This document shows, piece by piece, positions 27,866 through 37,335 of a stretch of DNA of 64,000 bases. Below the pieces are notes generated by a model. It searched no databases. It saw only the letters and a list, made by a program, of their open reading frames with translations, and had not been told where the DNA came from. How positions within the stretch are numbered: the first letter of the stretch is position 1; every line of letters starts with the position of its first letter. Position numbers and translations under genes: made by a program. The DNA is from a virus: the IMG/VR virus record IMGVR_UViG_3300032285_004186. The stretch is one strand, 5' to 3'.

Positions 27866-30207
27866 TATACTCCAAACAAATCAAACAAATCTGTCTGCAC
27901 TTCTTTGCCAGTTTGAGGCAATCTCCACCCGATACAATCATAAAAACGTTCTAACGGCGGTGAAACAATCTTGTCAAACATGGTTTGATAGTCTGGTTTG
28001 ACGTGTTCTAAGAGTTCTGGTGGGTACTTTTCCATAAAAGCCATACTTTTAAAATTAAAAGCATTCTTACCTGTATAGAAATACTTTAATTTCATAGCAC
28101 TGCCAATGGATTCATATATGTGATCTAATTTAAAATGCTTAAGAAGCTTGTTAAAATGAATAGCACTGCGTGCCTGGAGAGTGGTTCCTTTGCCTATTTG
28201 ACCAAATTGATCTATCTTGGCTTCATATTTTTCATAATCTGAAATTTTGGTTCTAATTGAAATCTCTTCTACTGGCATATTGCAAAAATCTTCATGAGCT
28301 TTCTTAAAAATAGCATCTGCTTTCTTTTTATCTTGTGCTAACATAGCAAATTCAATAACACTTTTGATTAATTCCTTCACCTCCTTTGAAATAGTGGAGC
28401 GAGCTATCTCAACACCTACATATTTAAAAGGTTTCTTAGGAGTCTTACCTTCTTGATCTATAACATGCAGTATATATCTCTTCTTTTGATCAAACAAAGC
28501 CACATCACAAATAGTTTCTTGTTTGAAAACAAACCGAGCATCTGTAGATTTGAGTTCTTTTTTAGCCCAAACAATAATTTGTTCATTTAAATACTTGTCA
28601 ATTTCCTGGATAACTTGACGCGCTTCTGGTGTAATCTTGTTATCTTTGAGTAATTGAAGATTTAAGACCTTTAAAATAGGCTCCACTGAGAAATATGCCG
28701 AGTCGGTATCTCCATATCTATACAATTCTTCCTTCTTGCCTACAAAACCTCGCTGACGAGCATAATCTAATACAATTTCTGGTGCCTGTTTAGCCACTGT
28801 CTGGCCGGTTAAAGTAATACTGGCTGAGTGGTCAATGTCAAATAATGGTGAATACTTCTGAGCAAATACACCATAAATGGAATTTAAGATTAATTTGAAT
28901 ACATTTTGTTGAGTATCCAGGTTAAGGATGTCACCTTCTATCTTAATTTTCTCTTCTGGGTCTGTGATTGTTTCTGCTTTATCTATCAATTTAGACATTT
29001 CTTTTTTAGTTTGTACACGTTCTGCATACAATCTATCAATCAGCGCCGGCACAACACCTCGAAACTTCTGTGTATATAAAACATTATACTTTGAAATAGA
29101 TAATTCCTCTTTTTGTATTAGTCTATTAAACTTTTCTCCTGATAAAGTTACTAATTTTTCATTGGCTAATTTAATAGTGTATTCATTGTTTTGAATTTCT
29201 AAAATTTTTCCTATTTTGGTCTCCGGGGAAATGTTTAAAGTGATGATTGTATTTGGATATAGGCTGTTTGCATCATAGCTCACTACAGATTTACACAAAC
29301 CTCTCTCCGGGTCATGCACATAACCGCCTACATATTCGTCTCGAATACCATCATTCTTGAAAGTAGGTATACGATATCCTTGTAAAAGAGCTTGATGTGC
29401 TACTGCTCCGGTAATCATAGACACTTTTCCGAGAGATTGTTCAAATGGAATGAAGCCTTTATAGGACAAAGCTCTGATCAATTTAAGATATTTGAGCTTG
29501 TTTTCCATTTTAGCAAGCAATCTAACGTCTTGAATGTTATATTCTACGAATAAATCCCAGTCTGATTCTGATAATGACGCTAGATTGGTGCCACCGGTGT
29601 CTGTTTTGCCTTCTTGTAGCTCATATTCAGCGATATAATTCAAAGAATAAGACTCTCTATCTCCTCGTGCAAAGGTTTTATACACCTCCATGTAATCAAT
29701 ATTACTAACTCCACGTATATACCAGCGATCAATCATCTTGCCCATCTTATTCATAGCTACATTTTCTCTGTAGTAGATAGCTCTTACTGGTGAAAGCCTG
29801 GATGCTTCATCTTCTCCAAGGAGTTTGTACATACGATTCATTACATAGGGTACATCAAAGCCTTCTGTATTCCAACCCACCATGATATCTGGAGGGTCTT
29901 TCTCCCAGAAACTCAAAACTGATTGCAACAATTCTGTTTCTTTCTTGCAATGTGTATAAACAATATTATCTTGTCGAGGCTTGAAAGGTTTTAAACCCCA
30001 AGAATAAAATTTTTGAGAGATAGAATCAAAGATTGTTATCAAATTGATAGGATCTTTGGCTTGTTTGGGTTCTGGAAATTCACCTTGCTGACTATAACAA
30101 GAGTTAAAATAGGATGTCCAACATTGTTTGTCTTCATCCCACACCTCATAGTCTTCAAACATGTTACTATTGCGAAATTCTCCTAGTGTTATTGTTGATT
30201 CATCCAT
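27865..30207 (-). CDS. Family B DNA polymerase (gp43-like), C-terminal fragment
   Basis: ExoII WNTEGFDVPY, ExoIII YNIQDV, SYDANSLYP, KLILNSIYG, YGDTDS and KKRY. Confidence 0.95.
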   Translation of the reverse strand: MDESTITLGEFRNSNMFEDYEVWDEDKQCWTSYFNSCYSQQGEFPEPKQAKDPINLITIFDSISQKFYSWGLKPFKPRQDNIVYTHCKKETELLQSVLSFWEKDPPDIMVGWNTEGFDVPYVMNRMYKLLGEDEASRLSPVRAIYYRENVAMNKMGKMIDRWYIRGVSNIDYMEVYKTFARGDRESYSLNYIAEYELQEGKTDTGGTNLASLSESDWDLFVEYNIQDVRLLAKMENKLKYLKLIRALSYKGFIPFEQSLGKVSMITGAVAHQALLQGYRIPTFKNDGIRDEYVGGYVHDPERGLCKSVVSYDANSLYPNTIITLNISPETKIGKILEIQNNEYTIKLANEKLVTLSGEKFNRLIQKEELSISKYNVLYTQKFRGVVPALIDRLYAERVQTKKEMSKLIDKAETITDPEEKIKIEGDILNLDTQQNVFKLILNSIYGVFAQKYSPLFDIDHSASITLTGQTVAKQAPEIVLDYARQRGFVGKKEELYRYGDTDSAYFSVEPILKVLNLQLLKDNKITPEARQVIQEIDKYLNEQIIVWAKKELKSTDARFVFKQETICDVALFDQKKRYILHVIDQEGKTPKKPFKYVGVEIARSTISKEVKELIKSVIEFAMLAQDKKKADAIFKKAHEDFCNMPVEEISIRTKISDYEKYEAKIDQFGQIGKGTTLQARSAIHFNKLLKHFKLDHIYESIGSAMKLKYFYTGKNAFNFKSMAFMEKYPPELLEHVKPDYQTMFDKIVSPPLERFYDCIGWRLPQTGKEVQTDLFDLFGV

Positions 30208-30220
30208 ATATTGCGCAAGT

Positions 30221-30619
30221 TTAAGATTTTTTTCTTATTTTAATTTTATGATCATCCTTATATCGCATGCCGTATGTTTCAATGTCCCAAAAGAATATCT
30301 TTAGAGGATTCTCTAATGCCTCAGGTTTATGTATTTCATCTCTAAAAGAAGAGAGAAGAAACTCCTGCTCGCAACTTAAATTGTGAAACAATCTCTTGAT
30401 AGGAGTTTCGTTAACAAATTTGTTTCGTTCAAATTGATTTTTAAACTTAACTTTCTTTAAAGGTGTATTAAAGATAGATAATGCGTCTGCACCATAAGCG
30501 GATTCTACAAATAAATGCGGTTCGTAGCTAGATTCTAATTTGATTCTCTTTCCGTTTTTGTCCCATGTCCAGAGATGAATACATTGTTTAGCAGAATCAT
30601 AAAAGACATTTCGATACAT
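30221..30619 (-). CDS. Family B DNA polymerase, N-terminal fragment including ExoI
   Basis: gp43-like N-terminus 'MYRNVFY...YEPHLFV' and ExoI 'FWDIET'. Confidence 0.88.
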   Translation of the reverse strand: MYRNVFYDSAKQCIHLWTWDKNGKRIKLESSYEPHLFVESAYGADALSIFNTPLKKVKFKNQFERNKFVNETPIKRLFHNLSCEQEFLLSSFRDEIHKPEALENPLKIFFWDIETYGMRYKDDHKIKIRKKS

Positions 30620-30621
30620 GC

Positions 30622-31938
30622 TTATATTTTCTGATCTAAATTGAGGGAAATCAAGTTTGAACTTTTTAAATTTCGTTCTTTAGATCCCCAATTTGTAAAA
30701 TACATGGCCTCATATTCGTCTAAATGATCTTCTAACCACAATTTGTCCGTAAAATGATGAATATTTTTAGACAATTTCATGTAGCTATCAAAATCTGAAG
30801 TAATGTATTCTAATTGATTTATTAAATCTTTGCCGGATTTAAATTTTAACTCAGCTTCTTTATAGGTACACATGTCTTGGAATACACCCGGCATACCAAA
30901 TGCTCCAGATTCTACAATTTTAATGTTGCTCTTAGATCTGTTAAATACATTGTCCTGCAGTGGAGCAAAGGATGCTACACAATTTGCATCATATATAGCC
31001 TTGGGTAGGTCATATAAAGGAGACCATGGTAAAAATTCCATTTCACCATTATCTATAAAAGGTTTAACGGAAAGTGGAAAGGTACCTTTCCATACAAATT
31101 TAAATTTTTTACGAGCTTTAATGATTTCATCTACTACATGTGCAAAATCATCATTTAAACCGGTTCGATTTGCTACATCTATATGTGTTCCAGAACCTGC
31201 ATAGAGAATTCTTGGTCTCTTTTTATATTGATCATATAATTTTGCTATTCTATCTGGGTGATAGTAATGACCAAGCCATTGTTTAGGAGCATAATTAGGA
31301 ATTACTGTCACTTTTTTGTTTCCAGTTTTATCAATATAATAATCTTTCATATATTGACAGGTGACAGTCATTTCATCCATTAGTTCCATGATTTCTAAAA
31401 TGGTATTTTCTACCTCTGAAGAAGCAAAGGCATCTTTACATCTATTATAATCTGGAATATCATTTCTAAAAACAATATCATCTATTTCATAAACTAATTT
31501 ATAACCTATTTGATTTTTATGTTTATGTAATTCTTGTATAAATGTTTTTTGAACCGGAGTGGCTTGTCTTTGCATTCTTACACATTTAATATTTTGATAA
31601 AAACGCAAATCCAAAACCATGCTAGTTAATCCAGATATACATGCTTTTTGATAAGCATTTAAAGTAATTTCTGGCCAAATCATTCTCCAAAATCCACATC
31701 CACCATAATCTGCATAATAATTTAAAGCTCTTGGTAAAAGAGCTTCTTGCATCACAACTGGAGGAGCAGCTGGTACGTGAACTGGTTTATAAGAAACATA
31801 AACTTTTTTTGGTAAAAATTCTTGATACGAACCTGGTGGTAAATGTGGGATAGATAATTCAGTAGGAGAATATTCATAAACCACTTTATTACTCAAGTCT
31901 ATCGAAGAATTGTCTGAGTTTTTTAATTTTAAAGCCAT
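30622..31938 (-). CDS. Glycosyltransferase (GT-B fold)
   Basis: 'GCGFWRM', 'YEIDD', 'VIPN', 'YAGSGTH' and 'APLQDNVFNRSKSNIKIVE'. Confidence 0.8.
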   Translation of the reverse strand: MALKLKNSDNSSIDLSNKVVYEYSPTELSIPHLPPGSYQEFLPKKVYVSYKPVHVPAAPPVVMQEALLPRALNYYADYGGCGFWRMIWPEITLNAYQKACISGLTSMVLDLRFYQNIKCVRMQRQATPVQKTFIQELHKHKNQIGYKLVYEIDDIVFRNDIPDYNRCKDAFASSEVENTILEIMELMDEMTVTCQYMKDYYIDKTGNKKVTVIPNYAPKQWLGHYYHPDRIAKLYDQYKKRPRILYAGSGTHIDVANRTGLNDDFAHVVDEIIKARKKFKFVWKGTFPLSVKPFIDNGEMEFLPWSPLYDLPKAIYDANCVASFAPLQDNVFNRSKSNIKIVESGAFGMPGVFQDMCTYKEAELKFKSGKDLINQLEYITSDFDSYMKLSKNIHHFTDKLWLEDHLDEYEAMYFTNWGSKERNLKSSNLISLNLDQKI

Positions 31939-31969
31939 TGAAATAAATAGAAAATAAATTTAAAAAGCA

Positions 31970-32722
31970 CTATACTCGAAGAGCTTTATCCCATACCATT
32001 AAATGCAATCGAGGTGACATTTTAAAACCATATTCCTTGCAAATCTCTGCTACTTCTTCTGCATTTTGTACATGTTCCTGTCTTGAACCTGCACACACCA
32101 TGATCCATATCCTATTTCGATGAATCATGAGAGAGGGATGATTGATGTATTCCACAAATAATTCTTGTATGTCTTCTTTTGTTTTGACCACAAATTTAAA
32201 ACAAGACCTGTTTTTTACATGAAACTTCAACGCTTCTGTATTATATCTTTTTTCTTTAGCATCACCGTTGCTTGAAAGTTTGGGTGAGGTTGTAAAAGTG
32301 GCGTGATATTTGTCTATCCAATCTTTTTCCGGCAGAATAGAACCATTGGTTTCAAAATCTATCCTCGGTAAAAACCCGTATCGATCCCAAAATGCTTGCA
32401 CAAAATTTAAAAGAGGTTTTTGCCTAAGCATCGGTTCACCTCCTGTAATTTTCCATATATCACCTCTGCGAAGTTTGTCTACTAGACTGTTTTCTTCATA
32501 AAATTTAAACATGTCCTCAAAACTGTATTTGTTTTTCTTAGACCAAGAGATATAAGAGTCACATCCCCAAGGTGAATCAGGAGAAGCCCAACCTTTACAT
32601 GTTAAATTGCATCCAAATAACCGCATGAACACACTTGGATGACCTATATACTCTCCTTCTCCTTCAATAGTATGAAATCCGGGACCATCATCACTGATTA
32701 ATAAATAATTTTCTTCTGACAT
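31970..32722 (-). CDS. queE: 7-carboxy-7-deazaguanine synthase (radical SAM)
   Basis: 'TIEGEG..IG.PSVFMRLFGCNLTC', ITGGEP, ETNG, SPKL, FKFVV and SPRLH. Confidence 0.92.
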   Translation of the reverse strand: MSEENYLLISDDGPGFHTIEGEGEYIGHPSVFMRLFGCNLTCKGWASPDSPWGCDSYISWSKKNKYSFEDMFKFYEENSLVDKLRRGDIWKITGGEPMLRQKPLLNFVQAFWDRYGFLPRIDFETNGSILPEKDWIDKYHATFTTSPKLSSNGDAKEKRYNTEALKFHVKNRSCFKFVVKTKEDIQELFVEYINHPSLMIHRNRIWIMVCAGSRQEHVQNAEEVAEICKEYGFKMSPRLHLMVWDKALRV

Positions 32723-32731
32723 AATATTAGT

Positions 32732-34549
32732 TTATTGCAAAATTTTAGTAACGCCATCTTGTTTCTCTAAAAGAATAATTTGATCTATTCCAGATCGGTC
32801 TGCTGCTTTGTTATGAGAGACAATGTATATACTTTCTTGATAAGTTTCTACTCTACTTTTTAAAATATTCAGGATTTTATCCACTCCCTTTTCATCCAAG
32901 GCTGAATCAAACAATTCATCATACATACTCAAGGAAAAAGATGTACCGGCTTGCATGCGAAGAATGTCTTGAAACATAAAAAGAATAGCTAGATCTATAC
33001 GCTTACGTTCTCCACCACTAAAATTAAAATAAGAACACTCTATTCCTCTTTCATTGTAAATAGTCTCTTCGAATGTCTCATTAAATTCACATTTGCAAGG
33101 AGCTTCTAGCGCCTGGAGATAAAAATTAAGTTTTGAATTAAGAACATTTAATAATTTTTTAATAATAAAGGTTTTTACTCCTTCTTCTGAAACTATAAAT
33201 TTAGCCGATTCTAAGATGTTTATTCTTTTTTGAGTTTCTGTCAATTTATCTTCCAATTCTTTGTTTTTAATTTCTGCATTTTCTCTTAAATTTAAAAATT
33301 GATCAGGTTCTTTTTCTATTTCTTCTATATCTGATAGAATTTCTGTATTTCTGTTTTCTAATTGTTTAATTTCTTGAGAGACTAAATTTAAAGAATTTAA
33401 TTCTTTTTCATGTTTTTTAATATCTGTTTTTAAAGAAGATATGGCATCACAGATAGTGTCACAATTAGATTTTTGAACGTTTAATTCTTTGGTGGTTAAT
33501 TTTAAAAGTTCTTGATCTATTTTAACGTTGGAATCTAAATCTTGTATGAGCTGATTAATATGTATTTCATCAATACCTTCTATGTCTTGTTTACATACTG
33601 GGCAAGTTTTAGTAGTCTGCTGAAGTTTTTTGATTTCTTCTTTATTGGATCTAATGGAAATATTTAAAGAGTTTATTTTTAAATTAAAATCAAAAGTTTT
33701 TTCCGAACATTCTATGGATAGTTTTTCTAATTGTTCTATTTTAGATTCTTTCTTAGAAATGATTTTTGTTAAATTAACTCTTGCTTGTTCAACTCCTTCT
33801 GTGTCTGAATTTTTTTCATTTAGAGATTTAATGTTTAAAAGATTGTCTTCTATTTTTTCTTTTAAATTTTTAATTTTATTCTTTTTATTTTCATTCCACT
33901 TATCTGATTGTTTTTTATAAGCTTCTAAATTTTTTTGATTTTCCAAAAAATTAGAACTATCTTGTTCATTTTGTTTTTTAAAATCATTTAAGTCTGCTCG
34001 AACTTGAAGTAGCATATCTCCAAATATGCCTAAATGAAGAACTCCTTCTACAAATTTGCGTTTATCCACTTTTTTCTGTGCCATAAAAGGCAAGGTATTA
34101 TTTGCGGTCATGATAACTGCATTTTGAAATACTTCTTCATTGGCTCCTATCAATTCTTTAACCAATTCATCTGTTTTAGGCATAGATGAACGAGTAATAT
34201 CTTGCCCGTTACATAAAAGTTCCACTTTATTTGGTTCCACTTTTCTAGATAAAACATAACTATCTATTTTATCTTGATGACTAATATCAAAATAAACTTC
34301 CACACAACAATTTTTTCCGGTCTTGTTGTGGACTATCATGTCTCTTTTGAGTTCTCTTATAGTACTCCCAAATAATCCCCAGTAAAGAGATTCTATTATT
34401 GTACTTTTCCCGACCCCATTGCGTCCACCCTTATCCCTATTTTCCCCGGTAATAAGAGTAATGCCACTGGTAAAATTTAATTTTAATGTATCTTCCCCTA
34501 CGGAAAGAAAATTGTTTATTTTTATCTCTTTAAAGATAACTTTTTTCAT
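32732..34549 (-). CDS. Recombination ATPase (gp46/Rad50/SbcC-like)
   Basis: NFLSVG, NGVGKS, CPVC zinc hook, FSGGE, YDELFD and VSH. Confidence 0.95.
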   Translation of the reverse strand: MKKVIFKEIKINNFLSVGEDTLKLNFTSGITLITGENRDKGGRNGVGKSTIIESLYWGLFGSTIRELKRDMIVHNKTGKNCCVEVYFDISHQDKIDSYVLSRKVEPNKVELLCNGQDITRSSMPKTDELVKELIGANEEVFQNAVIMTANNTLPFMAQKKVDKRKFVEGVLHLGIFGDMLLQVRADLNDFKKQNEQDSSNFLENQKNLEAYKKQSDKWNENKKNKIKNLKEKIEDNLLNIKSLNEKNSDTEGVEQARVNLTKIISKKESKIEQLEKLSIECSEKTFDFNLKINSLNISIRSNKEEIKKLQQTTKTCPVCKQDIEGIDEIHINQLIQDLDSNVKIDQELLKLTTKELNVQKSNCDTICDAISSLKTDIKKHEKELNSLNLVSQEIKQLENRNTEILSDIEEIEKEPDQFLNLRENAEIKNKELEDKLTETQKRINILESAKFIVSEEGVKTFIIKKLLNVLNSKLNFYLQALEAPCKCEFNETFEETIYNERGIECSYFNFSGGERKRIDLAILFMFQDILRMQAGTSFSLSMYDELFDSALDEKGVDKILNILKSRVETYQESIYIVSHNKAADRSGIDQIILLEKQDGVTKILQ

Positions 34550-34582
34550 AAAAAATCTCTATGGATCCTGTCCATAGAGATT
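34550..34582 (-). terminator. 12-bp hairpin plus U-run ending the glyco island
   Basis: Minus strand aatctctatgga-cagga-tccatagagatt followed by TTTT and then the gp46 ATG. Confidence 0.65.
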
Positions 34583-34607
34583 ATAATAGATTCAACAAAC
34601 CTATCAA
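34580..34607 (-). promoter_or_regulatory. Sigma70-type promoter for gp46
   Basis: TTGATA-16-TATAAT. Confidence 0.55.
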
Positions 34608-34613
34608 CAAATG

Positions 34614-35603
34614 TTAAGTCATCTGCTCTTTAATCCACCAGTATACATTATATATTCCTTTGTGTAAAGGGTAATTTGGCTTCCAATTTAACTTCTTAAA
34701 AATTAAATCATTGTCTGAATTTCTGCCACGAACTCCAAGAGGTCCACTAATATGTTTTTTAACTAAGGTTTTATTTTCCATAGAAGCTGCCACATCAACA
34801 AGTTGATTTATGGTAATCATCTCATCTGATCCAATATTTAATGGTTCGGTAAAATCTGATTCCATTAATCTTCTTACTCCTTCTATACATTCATCTATAT
34901 ATAAAAATGATCTGGTCTGTTCCCCATCCCCCCAGATTTCAATTTCTTCTCCGTCTTTTGCAGTCAATACTTTACGGCAAATAGCAGCCGGGGCTTTTTC
35001 TCTTCCACCTTGCCAGGTACCCATTGGACCGAAAATGTTATGAAATCTGGCTATGCGAACATTTAGTCCGTGATTTCGAGCATATGCCAAATAAAGACGC
35101 TCACTAAATAATTTTTCCCATCCGTATTCGCTATCAGGTGCAGCTGGATAAGCGGATTCTTCAGAACATTTAGGATTATTAGGATCTTCTTGATTATATG
35201 CCGGATACATACAAGCACTGCTAGAATAAAAAACTTTTTTGACATTGAATTGTCGGCACAATTCTGCTATATTCAGGTTAATTTGAGCAGAATTATGCAT
35301 AAGATTTGCATCATTATTTCCACTAAAAATAAATCCAGCACCACCCATGTCAGCAGCTAGTTGATATACTTCATCAAAAGAATTTTCCTTTTCTTCTAAA
35401 CTATGTTGTCCGGGGGCTAACATTAACAAAGAACTTGCTTTATAATCCCTCAAATCTGTTATAAAAAATTCATCTGCCTTTGTGGATGAAAATTCTGGAT
35501 ACTTAAGATCTGCTCCCCTCACCCAATATCCTTCTGTTTTCAGACGATTGATTAAATGATTACCTATAAATCCACCTGCACCTAAAACTAAAGCTTTTTT
35601 CAT
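34614..35603 (-). CDS. NAD-dependent nucleotide-sugar epimerase, GDP-mannose 3,5-epimerase-like
   Basis: GAGGFIG, LAADMGG, SSSACMYP, YGWEK, GGREKAPAAICRK and GVRGRNSDN. Confidence 0.88.
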   Translation of the reverse strand: MKKALVLGAGGFIGNHLINRLKTEGYWVRGADLKYPEFSSTKADEFFITDLRDYKASSLLMLAPGQHSLEEKENSFDEVYQLAADMGGAGFIFSGNNDANLMHNSAQINLNIAELCRQFNVKKVFYSSSACMYPAYNQEDPNNPKCSEESAYPAAPDSEYGWEKLFSERLYLAYARNHGLNVRIARFHNIFGPMGTWQGGREKAPAAICRKVLTAKDGEEIEIWGDGEQTRSFLYIDECIEGVRRLMESDFTEPLNIGSDEMITINQLVDVAASMENKTLVKKHISGPLGVRGRNSDNDLIFKKLNWKPNYPLHKGIYNVYWWIKEQMT

Positions 35604-35606
35604 AAT

Positions 35607-36152
35607 TTATTTTTTAATAACTAATAAACCCCTTTCACATCTTTCATTTGACAAACTACTTTTATTAAATATCAAATGTTGGATGTTCTGATTTTTAACA
35701 TACTCTATAATAGAATATAAATTTTTATAATCCACATTGGTTACATCATGATATATTAAAATTCCATCTTTTTTTAAAAGATTCAAAGTTTTATCAACCC
35801 ATTTATCTGTGTTTTGATGATCCGCGTCTGAAACTATAAAATCATATTTTTCTTTACAATTAGAAACAAAATCATATTCATTAGAATTTATGAAGTTTAT
35901 TGAAGTAATTTGTTTTATGTGTTCAAGGTTTTCTGGAGGATTGTGGTTCCAGTCTATAAAATTGTCTACGCAAGTTAAATCTAATTTTATTTGATTATAT
36001 TCATACCCGGAAATAATTTTTCTGGTAGAAGCTCCACTACCTATACCAATTTCTAAACTTTTTTGAGGTTTATTGCAAATAATTAAAGAATAAATTAATT
36101 CTAAGTGATTATTGTCCATCATCACCCAATCTGAAGTATTATATAGTTTCAT
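35607..36152 (-). CDS. Class I SAM methyltransferase (Methyltransf_24-like)
   Basis: LEIGIGSGAS, CVD, DFIVSDADH and LKKDGILIYHD. Confidence 0.85.
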   Translation of the reverse strand: MKLYNTSDWVMMDNNHLELIYSLIICNKPQKSLEIGIGSGASTRKIISGYEYNQIKLDLTCVDNFIDWNHNPPENLEHIKQITSINFINSNEYDFVSNCKEKYDFIVSDADHQNTDKWVDKTLNLLKKDGILIYHDVTNVDYKNLYSIIEYVKNQNIQHLIFNKSSLSNERCERGLLVIKK

Positions 36153-36825
36153 AAAAATGTTTGTAGTCTGCTTCTATAATTGAAATTTTATTTTCTTGCC
36201 CGGCATAATGAATTATATTGGCTTCATAACGTTTATTTTCCGGATCCGGTAAACCCATATGTATTTTGTTATAAGAAATATCCATTTCTTTATAGGGAAT
36301 TTTACTTTTTACCACCAAATAATTTAAATAAGTTTGATCCCCAAATGAAAGAATGTTGTCTATATTTGGTATATTTTTATAATCTTCAAAATATTTTTTA
36401 TGTAAATGAGAAACCAGAAAAACACCTGCATTAAAATATTTGTATTTGTTGAGATGGTTTAAAGGCCATGTTTCACAGTGTGGTAATAAGGGCTCCACAA
36501 AATCTTGTCTGCACATTTTATCAAGATTTCTATTTTCTTCAAAAGCATAAAAATAATTCTTATCATTATATTCTTCAAATATATTTTGAGCATGTGGGGT
36601 CACCAAAACATCTATATCTGTATAGCACACTTGTTCATAATCATTTAACAAATGTACAAAATTAAATTTTTCAAAGAAAATATTGGGTCCGTTTACTGTA
36701 CGTTCTAATATTAGATGAAAATCTATGTCATATTTTTGACAGTATTTTTTTAAAGAAAGAACACTTTTATTATAATCTTTATCTGCACCATCTATACCCA
36801 GAGTCATTATGGCATGTTTTTTCAT
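36139..36825 (-). CDS. Glycosyltransferase (GT-A, GT8-like)
   Basis: YTDIDV, YFNAGV, DQTYLN and IIHYAG. Confidence 0.85.
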   Translation of the reverse strand: MKKHAIMTLGIDGADKDYNKSVLSLKKYCQKYDIDFHLILERTVNGPNIFFEKFNFVHLLNDYEQVCYTDIDVLVTPHAQNIFEEYNDKNYFYAFEENRNLDKMCRQDFVEPLLPHCETWPLNHLNKYKYFNAGVFLVSHLHKKYFEDYKNIPNIDNILSFGDQTYLNYLVVKSKIPYKEMDISYNKIHMGLPDPENKRYEANIIHYAGQENKISIIEADYKHFYETI

Positions 36826-36828
36826 GAA

Positions 36829-37335
36829 TTATTTTTTAGAAGCTACACAAATAAAGGAATAATTTAAATCTTTTTCACTTACAAAAATAGTTTCTTTATC
36901 TAAAAATTTATTATCTTGTAAATATTTTTTTAAAATATTGGGTTCAAAACAATGAATATGTTTACGATTATTCCAAGGCCTCCAATATTCTTGGTCAAAA
37001 TGTGGAAGATATAAAAACAAAACTCCACCAGATTTTAATTTTGAAACCCAATAATCCAAAGCATTTACCCAATGTGGTAAGTGTTCTAGGCAGTGACTTG
37101 AAAAAATATAATCTATTTCACCTTGCGGCAAAAAATATGCATCATACCTTTTGTCTAAAAGAGGATCTATGGGTATGGAACCTGGAAAAGACCATTCCAC
37201 ACGATTACATCCAATATCATATCCTTTTCCTTTACAAAAATGTTTAGCAAATGGAAAGGCAAATTGAGAAGCAAACCCCTCAGACTGAAATTTAGGATAT
37301 AATTTTTGATTAAATTCTATTGTGTCAATTTTCAT
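36829..37335 (-). CDS. Class I SAM methyltransferase (Methyltransf_11-like)
   Basis: GYDIGC, DYIFSSHCLEH and LKSGGVLFLYLP. Confidence 0.85.
   Translation of the reverse strand: MKIDTIEFNQKLYPKFQSEGFASQFAFPFAKHFCKGKGYDIGCNRVEWSFPGSIPIDPLLDKRYDAYFLPQGEIDYIFSSHCLEHLPHWVNALDYWVSKLKSGGVLFLYLPHFDQEYWRPWNNRKHIHCFEPNILKKYLQDNKFLDKETIFVSEKDLNYSFICVASKK

Noticed and set aside
30094-30271. Group I intron in the polymerase gene
   Set aside because: Only 178 nt, no recognisable P7 core or U/G splice junction that restores the frame, and the segment reads as protein.
30094-30271. Functional split intein
   Set aside because: No Cys/Ser at the first insert position and only about 55 aa in total, too small for a Hint fold; the FN-SC junction alone is not enough.
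30091-30274. T4 gene 60-style ribosomal bypass from Tyr to Tyr
   Set aside because: The putative take-off codon is not next to the stop, the codons differ (TAC versus TAT), and no take-off hairpin is evident.
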